Positions 26,307-41,107 of a DNA stretch of 64,000 nt are shown piece by piece. Positions within the stretch are counted from its first letter, which is position 1. Each line of letters starts with the position of its first letter. This DNA is from Octopus sinensis (Eukaryota). The notes beneath the pieces were generated by a model, which was not told the origin of the DNA, searched no databases, and saw only the letters and a list, made by a program, of their open reading frames with translations. The stretch covers positions 17,918,001 through 17,982,000 of the forward strand of contig NC_042999.1 of NCBI RefSeq assembly GCF_006345805.1, read 5' to 3'. The position numbers and the translations under genes are program-made.

Positions 26307-27769
26307 TACAGTACTATTCTCTCGACACAAAATCTCATTTTATATGAAAGTCTCACTGCAATTTGTATTATTCATAATTTTTGTATATTCACAGTTCCAC
26401 TATTGCTAATGGTGAACTGTAAAAGCTGAGATGAACTTCACCAATATAGACATGTAATTATTTTATCCACCAGGGATTCAAGAAAACATAGCATACCATC
26501 AGCAATATTTATTTGAGAACGAATACCAACATAACACTATTCGCACACTATTTCGTTTGAATGTACTGTCCTCTGTTCTCTTGAGGTGCTCTCGCAAAGA
26601 ATTTCTAACAGTTGAATACAGTCACACACGCTATTAATATTGAAATTTCAAAATACGATACGTTTATCTTTGATCATTCACTACTATAATATTTATGTCT
26701 ATAAATATTTAATAGCAGTTGTACTAATACAAATACTAAAAATCCCGATGCCATTAGAGTGACATGCTGTATGCTATCCTCCAAAGAGAATACAGCAGTT
26801 GCTATATTATATGACAAGCTGGTTGGCGCTTGACACGTTGTTATTCGAAATGTATATAATATATATACGGTGCTAAAAATTCTGTTTAACCCCAAGGTCA
26901 TTAAACTGTAGTGAAGGAAGAACGACAAAAGTCAAATTATATATTCGATACGTCTGAGGCATTTAGTGGGCAGGAACGCAGAGGGTTGTTGACAATACAA
27001 TTGTATGAAAACCTCAAAATAAGTGTTGCATCAGTTTGTAGTTCATAATTATCAGATAGATTCAGTGCTTTGTAGCAAACATTCAAATTTTATTTTGACT
27101 CAGGCCTTTGAACATAATATTCTCTGAGCAAAATGGCAAGTTGTAAAATCTCTCTAAGAAATCGAAGCAGTACTTGTACTGACAAGTAACATTCGTAGCC
27201 ACTTTAAGATGGCTGTCCGTTCGAGTGGCCCCTACTGCAATTTCTTAACCTCGGTAGGACATCTCTAGCTGGATAGCGATGCGCAGTTACATCTGATAAA
27301 ATTGCAATGGGCTTATGTTTCGGGATGACCATTTTTTTTACAAAATAACCGCCTTTAGTATATGATCGTTCTTCACTTCAGTTTTTTTTTATAGTTCTTA
27401 TTTTAGTCTCCTTTGTCTGAAATCTTTCGTCATACATCCCGCGACATCCTCAGTGGATATCTATACCACGTGTTTCTTCCTGTCCTGTTCAGTCCATTCA
27501 ACATTTCTGTGCATGCGGTTGCGTCTCTATCTATGTGTGAGTGTGTTTGTGTGTGAGTGTGCGTGCGCGTGTGTGTGTTTCTGCGTGCGTGTCTATGTAT
27601 TTAGTATGTGTTTCGTTGTGTGTACGTATATGGATTTGCTTCCTATACTGTTTGTACCCGTGCCCTTTGTTTAGTATTCGTTTTACATGAGTTTACTATT
27701 ATCTCTCTTTTACTCTTATCTCTGAAATCTACATATTGCTTTTTACACAACTAAAATACAGTGCTCAGA

Positions 27770-27990
27770 ATTTACATCATTTACATTATTTACATTTGAC
27801 GAATAGTTGTCATCACCTTGTTTGTTGTTAACAAGACGTTTCGGCTGATATACCCGCTTGGGGAAATTTCGAACCTGGTTTCTCATTCCTAAGGTATTTT
27901 TCGATGTTGTTGTTGTTATTGTTCCGGTCACTGCTTGGAATCGAACTCGGTATCTTGGGGTTAGTGTCCCGCGCTCTTCACGCTTACGTG
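27770..27990 (-). mobile_element. Repeat with tRNA-like head and 3' half of a hammerhead motif
   Basis: Minus strand: GAGTTCGATTCC B box, (AAC)n, then CAGCCGAAACGTCTTGTT. Confidence 0.45.
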
Positions 27991-28179
27991 GGCAATTATG
28001 GAGTGTATTTTAGGGCTTATGAATCTAATATTGTTCTATCCTTCCTCAATACCTGTTCCCATATGCTATTCATATCTGAACACGATCTTCTTAGGAGGTT
28101 TTTATGTTGTAGCATATGTGCTGCTTCTTTAAGTTTTAGAATTTTCCAGTGGTGTTATCTGTGTATTATTTTAAAACGC

Positions 28180-28495
28180 AGCAAGTATGTATTCAGGATA
28201 TCCGTATACCGCAAGCCAACCTGTACTGGACGATACCTCAACTTCAATTCCCACCATCCATACAGTGTAAAGAGAGGGATTACTCAGTGCCTAAAACATC
28301 GTGCAAAGAATATAAGTAGTGATCGTGATACACACCACGAAAAAAATTATCACGCTCAATAACGATCTATTAAGCAACAACTGCCCCAAAAGTATACTAC
28401 CCACTCCAACTATGAAGAAGAGAGAGGATGAAGCCAATAAACTATCCGCAGTCTGTCTACCTTATGTGAAAGGCCTCTCCGGAAAGATACATCTA
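28180..28495 (+). pseudogene. Penelope-like element RT thumb fragment (Penelope/Poseidon-like)
   Basis: SVYRKPTCTGRYLNFNSHHPYSVKRGI...RAKNISS, then LPYVKGLSGKI. Confidence 0.85.
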
Positions 28496-30863
28496 TGTCT
28501 ATCTAAAGAAACCGCGATCAGGTGTGGAAAACATTTGTCAATTCTTTATAGGATGGATATATGTATCTCAATATGTCGAATTGAACTACAAATTCATTAG
28601 AAGTTGATATTCAAATTGCAAGTACACTGAAGAATGGAGAGTAGAACCGGTTACAGACTTCAAATTAGCACATGAAAGAGAGAATCACAAAAGAAAAACA
28701 AAATTCATGCAACAGAAAATTAAAAGAAAACTTGTACTGTGTAATAGTCATGAAACCAATAATAATTTTCTTATATATAGCATACATAACCAAAGAGCGC
28801 ATATGTATATATGTATGTATATATGCATGTATGTCTGTATGTATGTATGTTTGTATTTAAGTATGTATATATGTGTGTGTGTGTGTGTGTGTGTATATTC
28901 ATGTGTGAGAGTATTTGTTTGGGTGTATGGTAATAGGTGTATACCAGTGAGTATATGCGCGCGCGCGCGCGCGTGTGTGTGCATGAGCATAAGACTGAAG
29001 AGGGAAAAATGTCCCATAAAAAGTAAAGACTTAATGCCGCTCGCTTCTAATATTCCCTACACTTTCCGCTTAATCAAATCATGCGTTTACTCCATATGAA
29101 GATGAGATAAACAGCAATTGAATGCCATGAAGAAAGGTATGACAAAGGAAGGTATCTATCCACGATATAAAGAACCCAATTAATACCTATCCTAAGAGAT
29201 ATTCTAGCTGGTAACATTCTACTTCAAGTTTCTTTCTTATGATGATCACGCTGAATCATATTCGATGGACAGTCACTGTTACTTTTCACCTTAATTCTTA
29301 ATTAATATTTCTATGTTAAAATAACATTAATTAATTAATACACAGCGTGCTAATACACGTCGGATAACGCCGACGTTTATTATGAATATGTGATAATAAT
29401 TATAATGATATTAGTTTCTGTAAACAGAATGTAACTGTGTACATTTGCTTCTATTTTGCAGGGTACCAAGCCAGCTTAGTTACAAAAGTGGTGATGGGTA
29501 GAAAATGTGTTTGCGAATGATCTTTTTTTCTATCAGTGGAATTTTAGATAAACCATAATTAAAATTTTACTGAACGGCAATGAAAATGTGTTTCATGTCT
29601 GCGCATATCTTTGTTCTGTCCTGTGTATTATAATGATTTAGAAATTCTCATTAACAAGCAATGCGTGTCTCCTTTGTTTGTTAAACCTTATCAAACTCAG
29701 ACTGCATTGGAGCCGATATTTGACATCGCCCAAAGCACAAAGCAAACATTAGTTGGAGAATTTTTACTGATTCAATCTTCAAAGAATTATTCTTGGATTT
29801 TGTGCTTCATTATATATGCATCATATCTGATGTGAGAAAGAAAGGAACATTTTCACTACAAAGATTTTAAACCACATTGCAATAAAAAGCAGGGATCATA
29901 AACATACGCATGAAATGCGTAAAAGAGAGCTGAAGTTGCAGTTAATACTTGCTTTCAATTTCGTGTAAAATACTCAAATAGACGCAATGAAAGATTTTAT
30001 AGCTTCAGCAAAACATTTTCAAACAGTAAAGGTTTATTTTTGAAAACACATCGATGAATATATTATTGGCTTATTTACAGCTTCATATTGACATTTCAGC
30101 TGTATTTCCAAAATAACGATACGATGTTTTGAGCAAGTTGAATATATAACCCCTTGATATTTTTCTTTATATTCCGCCTGTGTTTACCGTCGTAGAAGTA
30201 TATCATAGCAATACTTATAGAGAGTTATAAGCTAATGTATATGCAAGTCTTGAACAGGAAGACAGAAATACATATTCGAATATACAGTTATAGGTACAAC
30301 AAAACATATGAATCTTGGCCGAAAGTTTAATGCACAGAAGGTGTACACACGTGTTCACGCTGGAGCTTATATGACATACGTTGAGTGACAGATATAATAA
30401 ATTCTATATTGCTATGCAGTAGAATAAAAGAAGCTGTATTCTATGAAATCATGGACAAAGCATACCCTGATCGTCCTTCTATCTCTATATGTACTGCAAA
30501 TGATGTCCAGTGATAGCAAATTAAATAACGTGTAAGAGAAGGGGTATGTCTGAGTGTGTTTTCGATGCTATTACGTGGAAATATATCAATCCTTTTAGTT
30601 ACAAGCATGCATGTTTGTCATTGCAACATATCTCAGTAAGAACTGACACAGATACCAAGTACGATGGTTATAATTTCTTTGCTAGTTCCCATTAATTTCT
30701 TCCTTATAAAATCGTAAACTTAGTTAACTGTGAATGAAATAAATTTTCTGTCAGTAAATATAATTGTCGCAACAAAAGCCGAAACTACTTTCCACGAGAG
30801 GGAACTTTTGCTTTCTTTGAATCTGTTCCTTATTTGCATTTATTATTTCTGTTGATTATAATG

Positions 30864-31030
30864 GCGTAGGGGCGGCTGTGTAGTAAGAAGCTTGCTTCCC
30901 AACCGCATGGTTCTGGGTTCAGTCCCACTATGTCAGAGCTTGGACATGTATCTTCTACTATAGACTCGGACCGACTAAAAAGCCATATTAGTGTATTTGG
31001 TGGACGAAAATTGGAAGAAACCCGTCATAT
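30864..31030 (+). mobile_element. SINE family A 5' half
   Basis: GGCGTAGGGGCGGCTGTGTAGTAAGAAGCTTGCTTCCC...GGTTCAGTCCC. Confidence 0.75.
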
Positions 31031-31046
31031 ATATGTAAAAGATAAC

Positions 31047-31262
31047 AAGCGACGAGGTGGCAGAATCGCTAGCACACTGAGCGAAATGCTTCGCGACATT
31101 TCGTCCGTCTTTACGTTCTGAGTTCAAATTCTGCCGAGGTCGAATTTGCCTTTCATCATTTCTGGGTCGATGAAATATGTACCAGTTATGCACTGGGGTC
31201 GATGTAATAGACTCACCCACTCCCGCTAAACTTTCAGGCCATGTGCCAATAGTAGAAGGGAC
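31047..31262 (+). mobile_element. SINE family B
   Basis: Homology to the copy at 5452. Confidence 0.8.
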
Positions 31263-31279
31263 TGTTTTTGTTGATTATA

Positions 31280-32040
31280 AAGCCACGTGCTTCTCGAATA
31301 TTTACCACGTGGGACAACATACTTAGATGCATTTAAACCGACGAGCTGCTGAAAAGTGTCTCTTACAAACGGTGACCAAATCTGGTCAAGGAAATGTTGG
31401 AGATGCCGCAGCCTGAGCAAATGTCTGCGCATCAGTAACCACGGCATGCCCCATCCATTCAGCGGCTGTTGTCAGTAGATGGAGCGCCTGACTAGTGGAA
31501 AGCGGAAGATTAAGCGCACCAGCATGGTTAACCAGGAAACAAGGCAAAGGACGACAGTCAAGCGGTAGTAGATGACGGTTGCGTTGTAAGCATTTGTCAT
31601 CTCCGCTCGACCTTTCAGGGGCAGCTTCCTCTCGGCCCATTTCTGGGTGAGATTAGCTAACCTGCTCGTCACCTCGTCCTAGGATTTCTCCACCTGGAAG
31701 TCCGGACTAAACCAGACCCCCGGCAACTTAACAGGACCGTCTGTCCAGCGCCCCACGACGCTGTTGGACGGCATGGACTTACCTCTCTAAGTACTGAGTT
31801 AACTTTTGCTCCTGTCACCGCTTCATATTCTTGTAGTGTTTCGCCAATCAGGCCTATATGCCTGTGACTCGACACTATAACGGTGACATAATCAGCATAA
31901 GTAGACACGCTTCTCCCATATCCTAGATCACACGGGGCACACCTCAAAACCTCCAGCTTCCGCAATAATGGCTCAAGATACAGTACATAAAGAAGGAATG
32001 AGATAGGGCCATTCACCTGAACAGTTCCGACAGGTGACCG
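31280..32040 (-). pseudogene. L1/Tx1-clade LINE reverse transcriptase fragment
   Basis: PISFLLYVLYLEPLLRKL, STYADYVTV (YADD motif), YEAVTGAKVN, WAERKLPLKGRA; frameshifted. Confidence 0.8.
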
Positions 32041-32312
32041 TTCACTCGAACAGCTGTCTTTTTCTTTTCGCCTGTTATAAAATTGAAACTTAAAGATTGA
32101 TGATGTAATTTCATCAATGTGTGGACGCTGGTTGTTGTCGCTCATTATTTAAAATTAAATTTAAATTTTATGACGTTTTATTTTGAACTTGACAACGACG
32201 GGCTGACTGTCGAAATAGCGTTGAACAAATAAAATATCTACTACAATTGAATCGCGCTCTTCGTCTTGTCTGCTTACCCTTGGGAAGTCTTACGTTAATC
32301 CTTTTAAAATAT

Positions 32313-32314
<2 letters not shown>

Positions 32315-32379
<65 letters not shown>
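32315..32379. repeat. (AAT)n microsatellite
   Basis: Direct reading. Confidence 0.95.
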
Positions 32380-32635
32380 GTTTTACTAATAACTTGAAAA
32401 TTTTTGTAAAGCAAAATAATTTTCCATAAATTTATAATGTAAAATCATATTAGAAAATTAAATCAATTTAAGTTTATTTCATGCCACAATAACAATTATT
32501 TTACTAGTTGAAAAGTATTTTTATTTATTTTCAATTTAATAATCCACAATGTAAACAAGTTGTTTGTTGATTTTTTTAAACGAGCTAGCGCATTCTATCT
32601 TGTGTCAAATATATATTGGAACAAATTAGAATATT

Positions 32636-32852
32636 CTTTTCTACTCTAGGAACAAGTCCCGACGTTTTTGAGGAGGGGGTCAGTCCAGTCGATTAGATCG
32701 ACCCCAGCACGCAACTAGTACATAATATATTGACTCCGAAAGGATGAAAGGCAAAGTAGACCTCGGCGGAATTTGAACACAGAACGTAAAGACAGACGAA
32801 ATAAGGCTACGCATCTCGCCCGGCGTGCTAAGGTTTCTGCCAGCTCGCTGCC
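32636..32852 (-). mobile_element. SINE family B
   Basis: Reverse-complement homology to the copies at 5452 and 31047. Confidence 0.85.
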
Positions 32853-33757
32853 ATATTGGAACAACCTAGAATATTGTGATAAACCTAAGAAAACGTTTTT
32901 CGATATTTTATTACCTTCAGAGTTAACGTTACAGATTTTCCGACTCAGTGATGTTGGGCTGTTGGGAATTTAGATTACAACATGTTCTTGAACACGATAA
33001 CACATTTTCAAATGTAGGATAGCCAGCCGATAATCGTAGATGTCTCAGTTTGTGACTCGAGTAATAACAGCCAGGCCAGCTCTTGATAGACAATGAAAAC
33101 AAATCAATCAATAATCAAGGAGTTTGCAAATATTTCGCCGATTGCAGGTTATGCATTAGATCCTCTCGATTCTCACCGGATCGACCCTTCACCGTTAATG
33201 AGAAAGGAATGCTTCAAGATTCCTGATGTGAAATCATGTGTTGAAAGAGGTATTGTCAGAGAATGAATCCTAACAGAACAGGAGGAGACACGTGTAGTGT
33301 CCGGTCATTGGAGAGGTCACAGGATGTGTGACGAAAGTTTTAAGACGAATAACACTAAAATAATAATAATAATATAAGTGGAGGAAAGACATAATATATA
33401 GTGCATATTGTTAACTGGCAAAAATATGACAATCTCCAAATATAATAATAATAATAATAATAATATATATACATATTGTTATTCGTATACACTTCAGTCT
33501 CCACGCGCACAATTATGGATGCAACCTCAGGCGTCGTTAACACATAATTATTATTTCATTAAATCTCCTCCAAAAAGGCATATAAATATTTACATATTAC
33601 AAATGAATGTTGAAAATGAGACTGAACTACGTAGTCCAATACACATTCTACCTTAAATGATCTATATAATGCGGGTAATACTATCTGAAAGGGGAGCAAA
33701 ATTTAAAAAAAATTACTTGACATGTCTGTTCGTAGAAATCTAGATAGAACTCCGTCA

Positions 33758-34170
33758 TCTATATATATCAAACTGAAGTTGTCTGTGTGTGGCAGGTTTG
33801 GTAGCCTTCAGCTAACACTATCTCCTGCGAGACCCTGCGGCGCAAGTTGACCAAAATTGAGAGTATGATAGAAGAAGGCTTGCACTTCATTCCGTAGAAG
33901 ATAAAATCCAAATCGGACCATGTTAAAACGAAAATTTATTTATATCAAAATGCTCTATCAAAAATTGTACATTTACATCAAGAAGGTGTAAAAAATCCGT
34001 AGTTATTACGAATTTTTTACTGCTGTGTCGCAATTTTCGGTGTATTTCAACCAGAAAAATTATCACTTAAAGAGAATAACAAGCTACATAATACAAAATT
34101 TTTACTTTTCAAAATTTCCAATTCTAAAAGGTAGAAAAAATCCCCAACCATCGCCGGGCGATAGTGTTAG
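33758..34170 (+). mobile_element. Non-autonomous Helitron
   Basis: A|TCTATATAT...ATCGCCGGGCGAT hairpin...TTAG|T; homolog of 24801-25200. Confidence 0.85.
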
Positions 34171-35069
34171 TATTATTTAAAACGTAGGTTCTAATATAAC
34201 GAATAACTACTAAGTTTGTAATTTAGCATTACAACTTACACTGACGAAATCTGCATGATGCAACTATTAGTGAGATGCAAATAAATATATAGATATAAAT
34301 CCTAATATTCCAAATTCTATATTTGCGACTTTCTGTATCATCAGCTGGGTTCTATTTAAAACATCATAGCTCATATATTAATCTATATTCTTTTTATGCC
34401 AGCGGAAAAATTCCCAGTAAAGTCATAATAATTACCAAATATTATTATGTTACAAGAGACATTAAACCACATTAGAAAGTAGAAAATATTGCAAAGATCC
34501 GCATATTTCTTAAACTGCAGACATAGGCAATCGATACAGTTTAAAATGTTAAAACATAAAACGCCAGCACGGTAGATCGTTGAGACATATTTCTTGATTA
34601 ATATTTAACCTTCTCTAAGCATATATTCTAAAATTGAACAGTTTACGCTGAATTGCTTCCTTTATAGCTTTATATAGTAAAACTATAAATCAAAATATTA
34701 CAAAATAAGGCATATCCGTAATCAAGAAATAAACTCACATCATTTTTACGAATATTTGTGTATTATTTTCTATTGAAGTTGCTTTCAAAACATTCTGAAA
34801 AATAGATATTCTAGGTTGTTTTATGCTTTCAGATACACATTAACGGAATAGATTAGGTACTTTATTATTACTTATTGAATAAGAATAATACGAAAGAAAA
34901 TACACATGGCATTAAGACACTGGGTTTCATGAAAATTATTGCTCTCCTCTTTATACGCTCTATGCAATACTGGTCTATACTCGCTTAAAACTTCGTTATA
35001 AAAGATGTATATTCAATTCTATACACACACAAACACACACATGCATGCATCCACACGCACGTGCACATT

Positions 35070-35152
35070 CGCCATAATAGATGGCTAGCCTCTACATATT
35101 AATTATTTTCTCTCCGTGTTTCTTTTTTTGTTTCCTGAGGAAGAGCGTAGGC
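35070..35152 (+). mobile_element. Truncated copy of the hammerhead-bearing short element
   Basis: GCCATAATAGATGGCTAGCC...TTTCTCTCCGTGTTTC...CTGAGGAAGAGCGTAGGC, cut before GAAA. Confidence 0.6.
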
Positions 35153-35198
35153 CTTCTTTCATTACACAAAAGTAACAGCCTCACTACACTACAAGAAA

Positions 35199-35340
35199 GG
35201 ACCCCTCCTCTAAAAGGATGGCTCCCTCACTGACAGTCCAACTAAGATCAGTGAGATACTGAATGACCAGTTCAAAAGTGTCTTTACCACCCCGTTGAAA
35301 CACAGACAAGTGAACGAACCAGTAGACTTATTTGCCGCCT
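35199..35340 (+). pseudogene. CR1/L2-group LINE ORF2 fragment
   Basis: Translates GPLL*KDGSLTDSPTKISEILNDQFKSVFT (LNxxFxSVFT motif). Confidence 0.7.
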
Positions 35341-35537
35341 CACCTATAACCACAATGAGCAGATACAAACTCTCAAACACACGAACATGTATTTAACACA
35401 GTAATTATAAGTCTATGACATAAACCTCTGATCACAATAGAGTCTATGCGATCAGAGATGAAGATATTGTGAACCACAGAAAAAGCTAATAGCAAATATA
35501 TTCCTTGGGTGTATACATATAAATGTATATATACATT

Positions 35538-35742
35538 CATGACCTAGTTGTTAGAGCAGCGGACTCGCGGATTCGCATCTCAGGCCGGGCGATGTGTGTG
35601 TTCATGCGCGAAACACCTAAGCTCTACGCGGCTCCGGCAGAAGGTAATGACCAAAAAACATGACCCATTAAATGGTATGGCCAAAAAACCGGCCCTATGA
35701 TCCAGGCGTGGCTCGAGAAGGAGCAAACAACACCGACAACAG
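35538..35742 (+). mobile_element. Degenerate tRNA-derived SINE (family D)
   Basis: TGACCTAGTTGTTAGAGCAGCGGACTCG head and (AAC)n-like tail. Confidence 0.55.
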
Positions 35743-35817
35743 CAATATATGTATACATAAATATATATACATATATATGTATGTATGCATGCACAAACAC
35801 ACACACACGTATATATA

Positions 35818-35886
<69 letters not shown>

Positions 35887-36183
35887 GTATATATATATAT
35901 ATGTATATATATTATATATATATATGTATATATGTACATATACTTCATAACGAAGACATGACATGATGTAGGTAAAGAAATTTGAGAAATTTGAAAAGTT
36001 TACGCGAAACCGGTTATTTCTCCAAAACTATGTTACTATGCACCAAATTTCATAACGTTTTTCTAACAAAACGATTTAAATATAGTCTTTAACCTTATAA
36101 AACAAGCCTTCTGTAGTTCTTTCACTCTTTTCTATTTTTTATACATCTAACCACGTGCTTTCACACACCAACTTTCTAACCTA

Positions 36184-36236
<53 letters not shown>

Positions 36237-36629
36237 TTTGATAAAGAGAAAGATAATGCCTGTTTGCGTATGTGTAATTGCGTGTGAGCATGTATGGAGA
36301 AATAAACACAAATAATCCGTAACTTGTCCGTGAACTATATTTTACATTTGATTAGTCACTGCAATACATAAGATAAATAGTAGAAACAAACAAGCGAAGG
36401 CAGCCATTGAATTTTATGACATTTTCTATCATTCTTTCCTCGTCATTCGTCGCATAAGAGCTTTGGTTATATAGGGGTGACACAATATAAATATGGATGT
36501 CCACAAGCTTTCGGCAATATCATGGAAGCCTACAAACTAAAAAAATATCATAACGAAATCAAAATGGTAAATGGATGAATATTATTGTTCCTAGAGATGG
36601 ATTAGGGCACAAATCTAGTGTTAGCTCAC

Positions 36630-36672
36630 GAATCATTAAGGTATTAACTTGTAATGTTGTTCCTTTGAGAGC
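36630..36672 (-). CDS. Candidate 43 nt exon (ALKGTTLQVNTLMI)
   Basis: Acceptor TTTTTCTCTCTTTTATAG, open frame 0, donor GTGAGC. Ends in phase 1, compatible with the exon at 24351-24411. Confidence 0.4.
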
Positions 36673-37520
36673 CTATAAAAGAGAGAAAAAATATAAAAAT
36701 AAAGAAAAATGTGTAAAAATGGGAATATAATACGTAGCGTATAATTATTGTAATAGTAGGTCTTTCAGTTATATAGGGAGCTTTGTGGGTAGTTTACATT
36801 GTTGTAGAAACAGTTTCTGAGGTCTCTTGATATAAAGTTGTCATTGTAATTACAAGTGACGTTATTCCTGCATTTATTGCCTTTAATGTTTATATTAACG
36901 TAGCTACATAAAGCACATTTCCTCAGAGAGTAGCCCCAGATTCTAATATTGATGAAAATAGAGTTACAACGCACAATGGTCTGCATTAAAACGTACTGTA
37001 GAAATCCTTTGAAGAAATTGTCATTGCAAGACGAAATTCATTGAATTCCTTTCAGTCATGCAATATTATATTAAAAGGAAACTATTTTGACATGCCGTGT
37101 GTCAAAGAAACTGAACGTTGATATAATCTGCGCTTGGTCAGATTGGGAATGGTCAATAATGCATTATGGGAAGGGGAATAATAACAATTTTCTTTTCTCA
37201 TAGCTACAATTCTATAATTATAGAGTGTACAAAAGCTTTCTGGTTACCAAAAGAATATCTGAAGGAAATAATGATATTAATGTTCTTTTGGCAATAACGA
37301 TGTGACTTGCGGAATATTCTTTCGCTCACACACACATAGATACGCATACGCACACATAAATCTCGAAAGGCAGGCACGCAGACGCATATCATGCGGGAGT
37401 ATATATGCATTTATACGTGTGCGTATATGTGTATACATATATATTTATTGAGCATAGATATATGTATATATTCATGTATACAAATATATGTTTAGAAATC
37501 TTTGTGTGTAGGTGTACGTA

Positions 37521-37553
<33 letters not shown>

Positions 37554-37594
37554 ATGAGAGAGAGAAGTGTAGATAGATATATAAAAATATATAC

Positions 37595-37631
<37 letters not shown>

Positions 37632-37670
37632 GAGAGAGAGAAGTGTAGATAGATATATAAAAATATATAC

Positions 37671-37760
<90 letters not shown>

Positions 37761-38602
37761 CGGACACACACGCACGCATCAACACACAAGTACGCATACA
37801 ACACACACACGCACATACATAAATACATATATACATACACGGTGTAATATTCAGAGTAATGCAAAGTGACAGAAAGTTAAAAAATGCAGCAGTACTGGAG
37901 GAAATAAGGAGTGGCTCCTTGACCTCAGTAACAACGATTATCATCGACATCCAAGAGAACAGGACAAGGAATATTATGGTATTCGTTCAGACTATTAATC
38001 GTTGGTGTCTGAACACTAAAGGCAATAAACTAGACAATTTATTACGTATGTCTATGCAGGGACATTGGTGCTGAAATAAATTTTGAGAAAAGACATAAAT
38101 GAAAATAATTAGTATAACTTAATATATTTTGCTTTCACAGATACCTGTACAGAAGTGGAGATTGTTCTCAATTTACAATCGAATGAAATACGTGAAATGA
38201 CGCATTCGAACTGATACAATTATACCGCAGTAATATATAGCAACGGTGACATTTGTGTTTGTATTATAATATCTATACTCACGTATATTTTATATTAAGT
38301 TATATCTACTTGTATGGCCAAAAGTACCGTTAGAAGGAATCATCATGTAATTTATCCAACTCGAATTAACGGCGTTTAGCTAGTAAGTGGCCTAAGTGTG
38401 TTAGAAAAAAATGCTAGACACTTTTAATGTTTTACAATAAGGGTTTATTATAACTAGAAATTCCGTAGCTCTATAATAGTATATTCACATCTCCTTCCCT
38501 TGAAATATAGTTCTATCTCAGCCTACCTATTTATAATATGTGTGTGTAAATATATACATATTCACATATATATGTGAATATATATGAGCGTTAGCGTATA
38601 AT

Positions 38603-38670
<68 letters not shown>

Positions 38671-38936
38671 GATATATATATATATATATATAATATATAT
38701 ACATATACATATATAGATATATGTGCGAGTGTGTGTAAGAGAGAGTGTGCGGGTGTGGTTATCTGTGTGCGTCTGCGTGCATATATGCATCTATCTGTTT
38801 ATATATACATGCATGTATATGTATGAATATGCATGTACTCTCTCACAAACCTATACACATGGACGTATCATCACTGTGTGTGTCTGTGCTTGTATATGTA
38901 TGTATCTACGTATGTGTGAATATATTTCCATATATA

Positions 38937-39019
<83 letters not shown>

Positions 39020-39296
39020 ATACTGATCAATTTGAAATACTTTTACATTAGGTATCTCTTATCGATTCGTAAACATAAATTCCAGTATAGTTACCTGTCA
39101 CTGGTTATTGAATGATTTTGTTTCATTGTGATAAATGAAGCAAAATTATGCCTCATTTTCGTCTTTTTAACCGTTATGGTACCTATGGTTAATGTATTGA
39201 TTCAAAAGCACATTCATGATTGCATACAGACACAAGGATGTAAGCTCACAGGCGAGCATATTCGCAGTTATGTATACCGACACATATATATACACG

Positions 39297-39367
<71 letters not shown>

Positions 39368-39369
39368 TT

Positions 39370-39411
<42 letters not shown>

Positions 39412-39416
39412 CATCT

Positions 39417-39487
<71 letters not shown>

Positions 39488-40088
39488 ATCAGATATGCCT
39501 TGTCCGTACGCCTGCGCACACGCACACAACAGATATTCCTTTAAATATATATATTTATGCATATATTTGGAATTGCGCATATATGTAGGTCTGTATATAT
39601 ATATTTATATATATATGATATATGATATATCCGAAATACCACCGAAATGCGTTACACGCGTTAGTTAGTCATCATGCGTTTGTCACTAATTATGTAATCT
39701 AAAGTACAAAGGAAGTATTTCGCATTTTCGTTCAGCAAAATAGCTCATGCATACCCAGAATAAAACAACATCATCAATGAAATGTTTCTCTTTCACTAAG
39801 CACGCATTCTATAAAACATAGTCGCATCACAATAACCAGAAATTACTCCATTTTTCATATATCTCTCAAAAGAATTAAAATGATCTATAGAAAATTTTAT
39901 GCGAAACATAACACTGTATAGATTTCCGAATATATTTAAAATCCGTTCACTACAGAAACGGTATCGAAAACCGTCCATCGACAAAACCTACGCTTAAAAG
40001 ACCTAACAGTTAGATCCAGCGAACTAGCCAGCAATAATACTTAGCGTTCGTGACATGTCATATATATATATACATGCATATATATATG

Positions 40089-40193
<105 letters not shown>

Positions 40194-40298
40194 GTAGGTC
40201 CCGGGTTGAGTCGGGGTTAACCACAGTAAATAAGGTACTCAATACATAGCATGTATTGAATGAAACAGTTCTAGTCCTGTAGAAGCTCCTTCTATATA

Positions 40299-40343
<45 letters not shown>

Positions 40344-40731
40344 ATATATACATATATATTTATATATATATATGTATATATATATGTATATATATATATA
40401 TGTATGTATATATATATATATTATATATATATATGTGTATATATATATATATATACAGATATATATGTATGTGTGTGTATGTAGTACAGTATGTTCTTTG
40501 TTACGTTAACAGAATTGCTTGGTAATGGCATGAATGCTTATGATTACGAATGGTCGATCGTCATTGACGTGATTCTAAAGAGCAATATTAACAGCAAGCA
40601 TATAATCAACCATGATTTATTCGTTCTTTTGCACTTGTGAAAAGTGCTATGCCCATTTAATTCACTGGGTGTATAAGATGAACACGGATAGAGTTCAGAC
40701 TGGGCTTTTGAATACCAATGCCGAAAATGTA

Positions 40732-41107
40732 CAGGAAAAAAGTTTTGGAGTCAATTCCAGTCACATCTTGGAATGAGCAGTGCCGGAAGGAGAATAACGA
40801 ATAAATAGAAAAAATGGCTGTGAATTTGGCGTAAGAGAAACCGTTCTCGTGTTTTGGTGGTCACTACGATTGTAATAGAATACTTTCATCGATACTTAGT
40901 ACATATGATAAGAGCAAGAAAAATGTATTAGGGTCAATCTCAGTCACCTCTTCAACACTTAGGAATGATCGGAGTCCAAATGAGAAAAACGAATAAATAG
41001 AGAAAATGGCTGCGAATTTGGGGTAAGAGTAACCGTTTTCGTGTTTTGGTGGTCGCCACGATTGTAATAGAAGACTTACTTTTATCAATACTTGGTACAT
41101 ATGATAA
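40732..41107. repeat. Diverged tandem duplication (~185 bp unit, two copies)
   Basis: ACGAATAAATAGA..AAATGGCTG.GAATTTGG..TAAGAG..ACCGTT..CGTGTTTTGGTGGTC...GTACATATGATAA occurs twice. Confidence 0.9.

Noticed and set aside
29461-29496. Plus-strand micro-exon candidates (also ~38141 and ~63816)
   Set aside because: Good acceptors but weak or absent donors, and no consistent frame.
36765-36986. Cys/Asn-rich 73 aa ORF
   Set aside because: No recognisable motif or convincing splice donor; the length is expected by chance.
37552-37672. Duplicated ATAATGAGAGAGAGAAGTGTAGATAG unit
   Set aside because: Local slippage duplication inside a microsatellite; no further significance seen.
40197-40295. (TA)n-embedded insert with hairpin and GAAAC
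   Set aside because: No CUGANGA core and only one copy in the window; probably a repeat terminus but unsupported.
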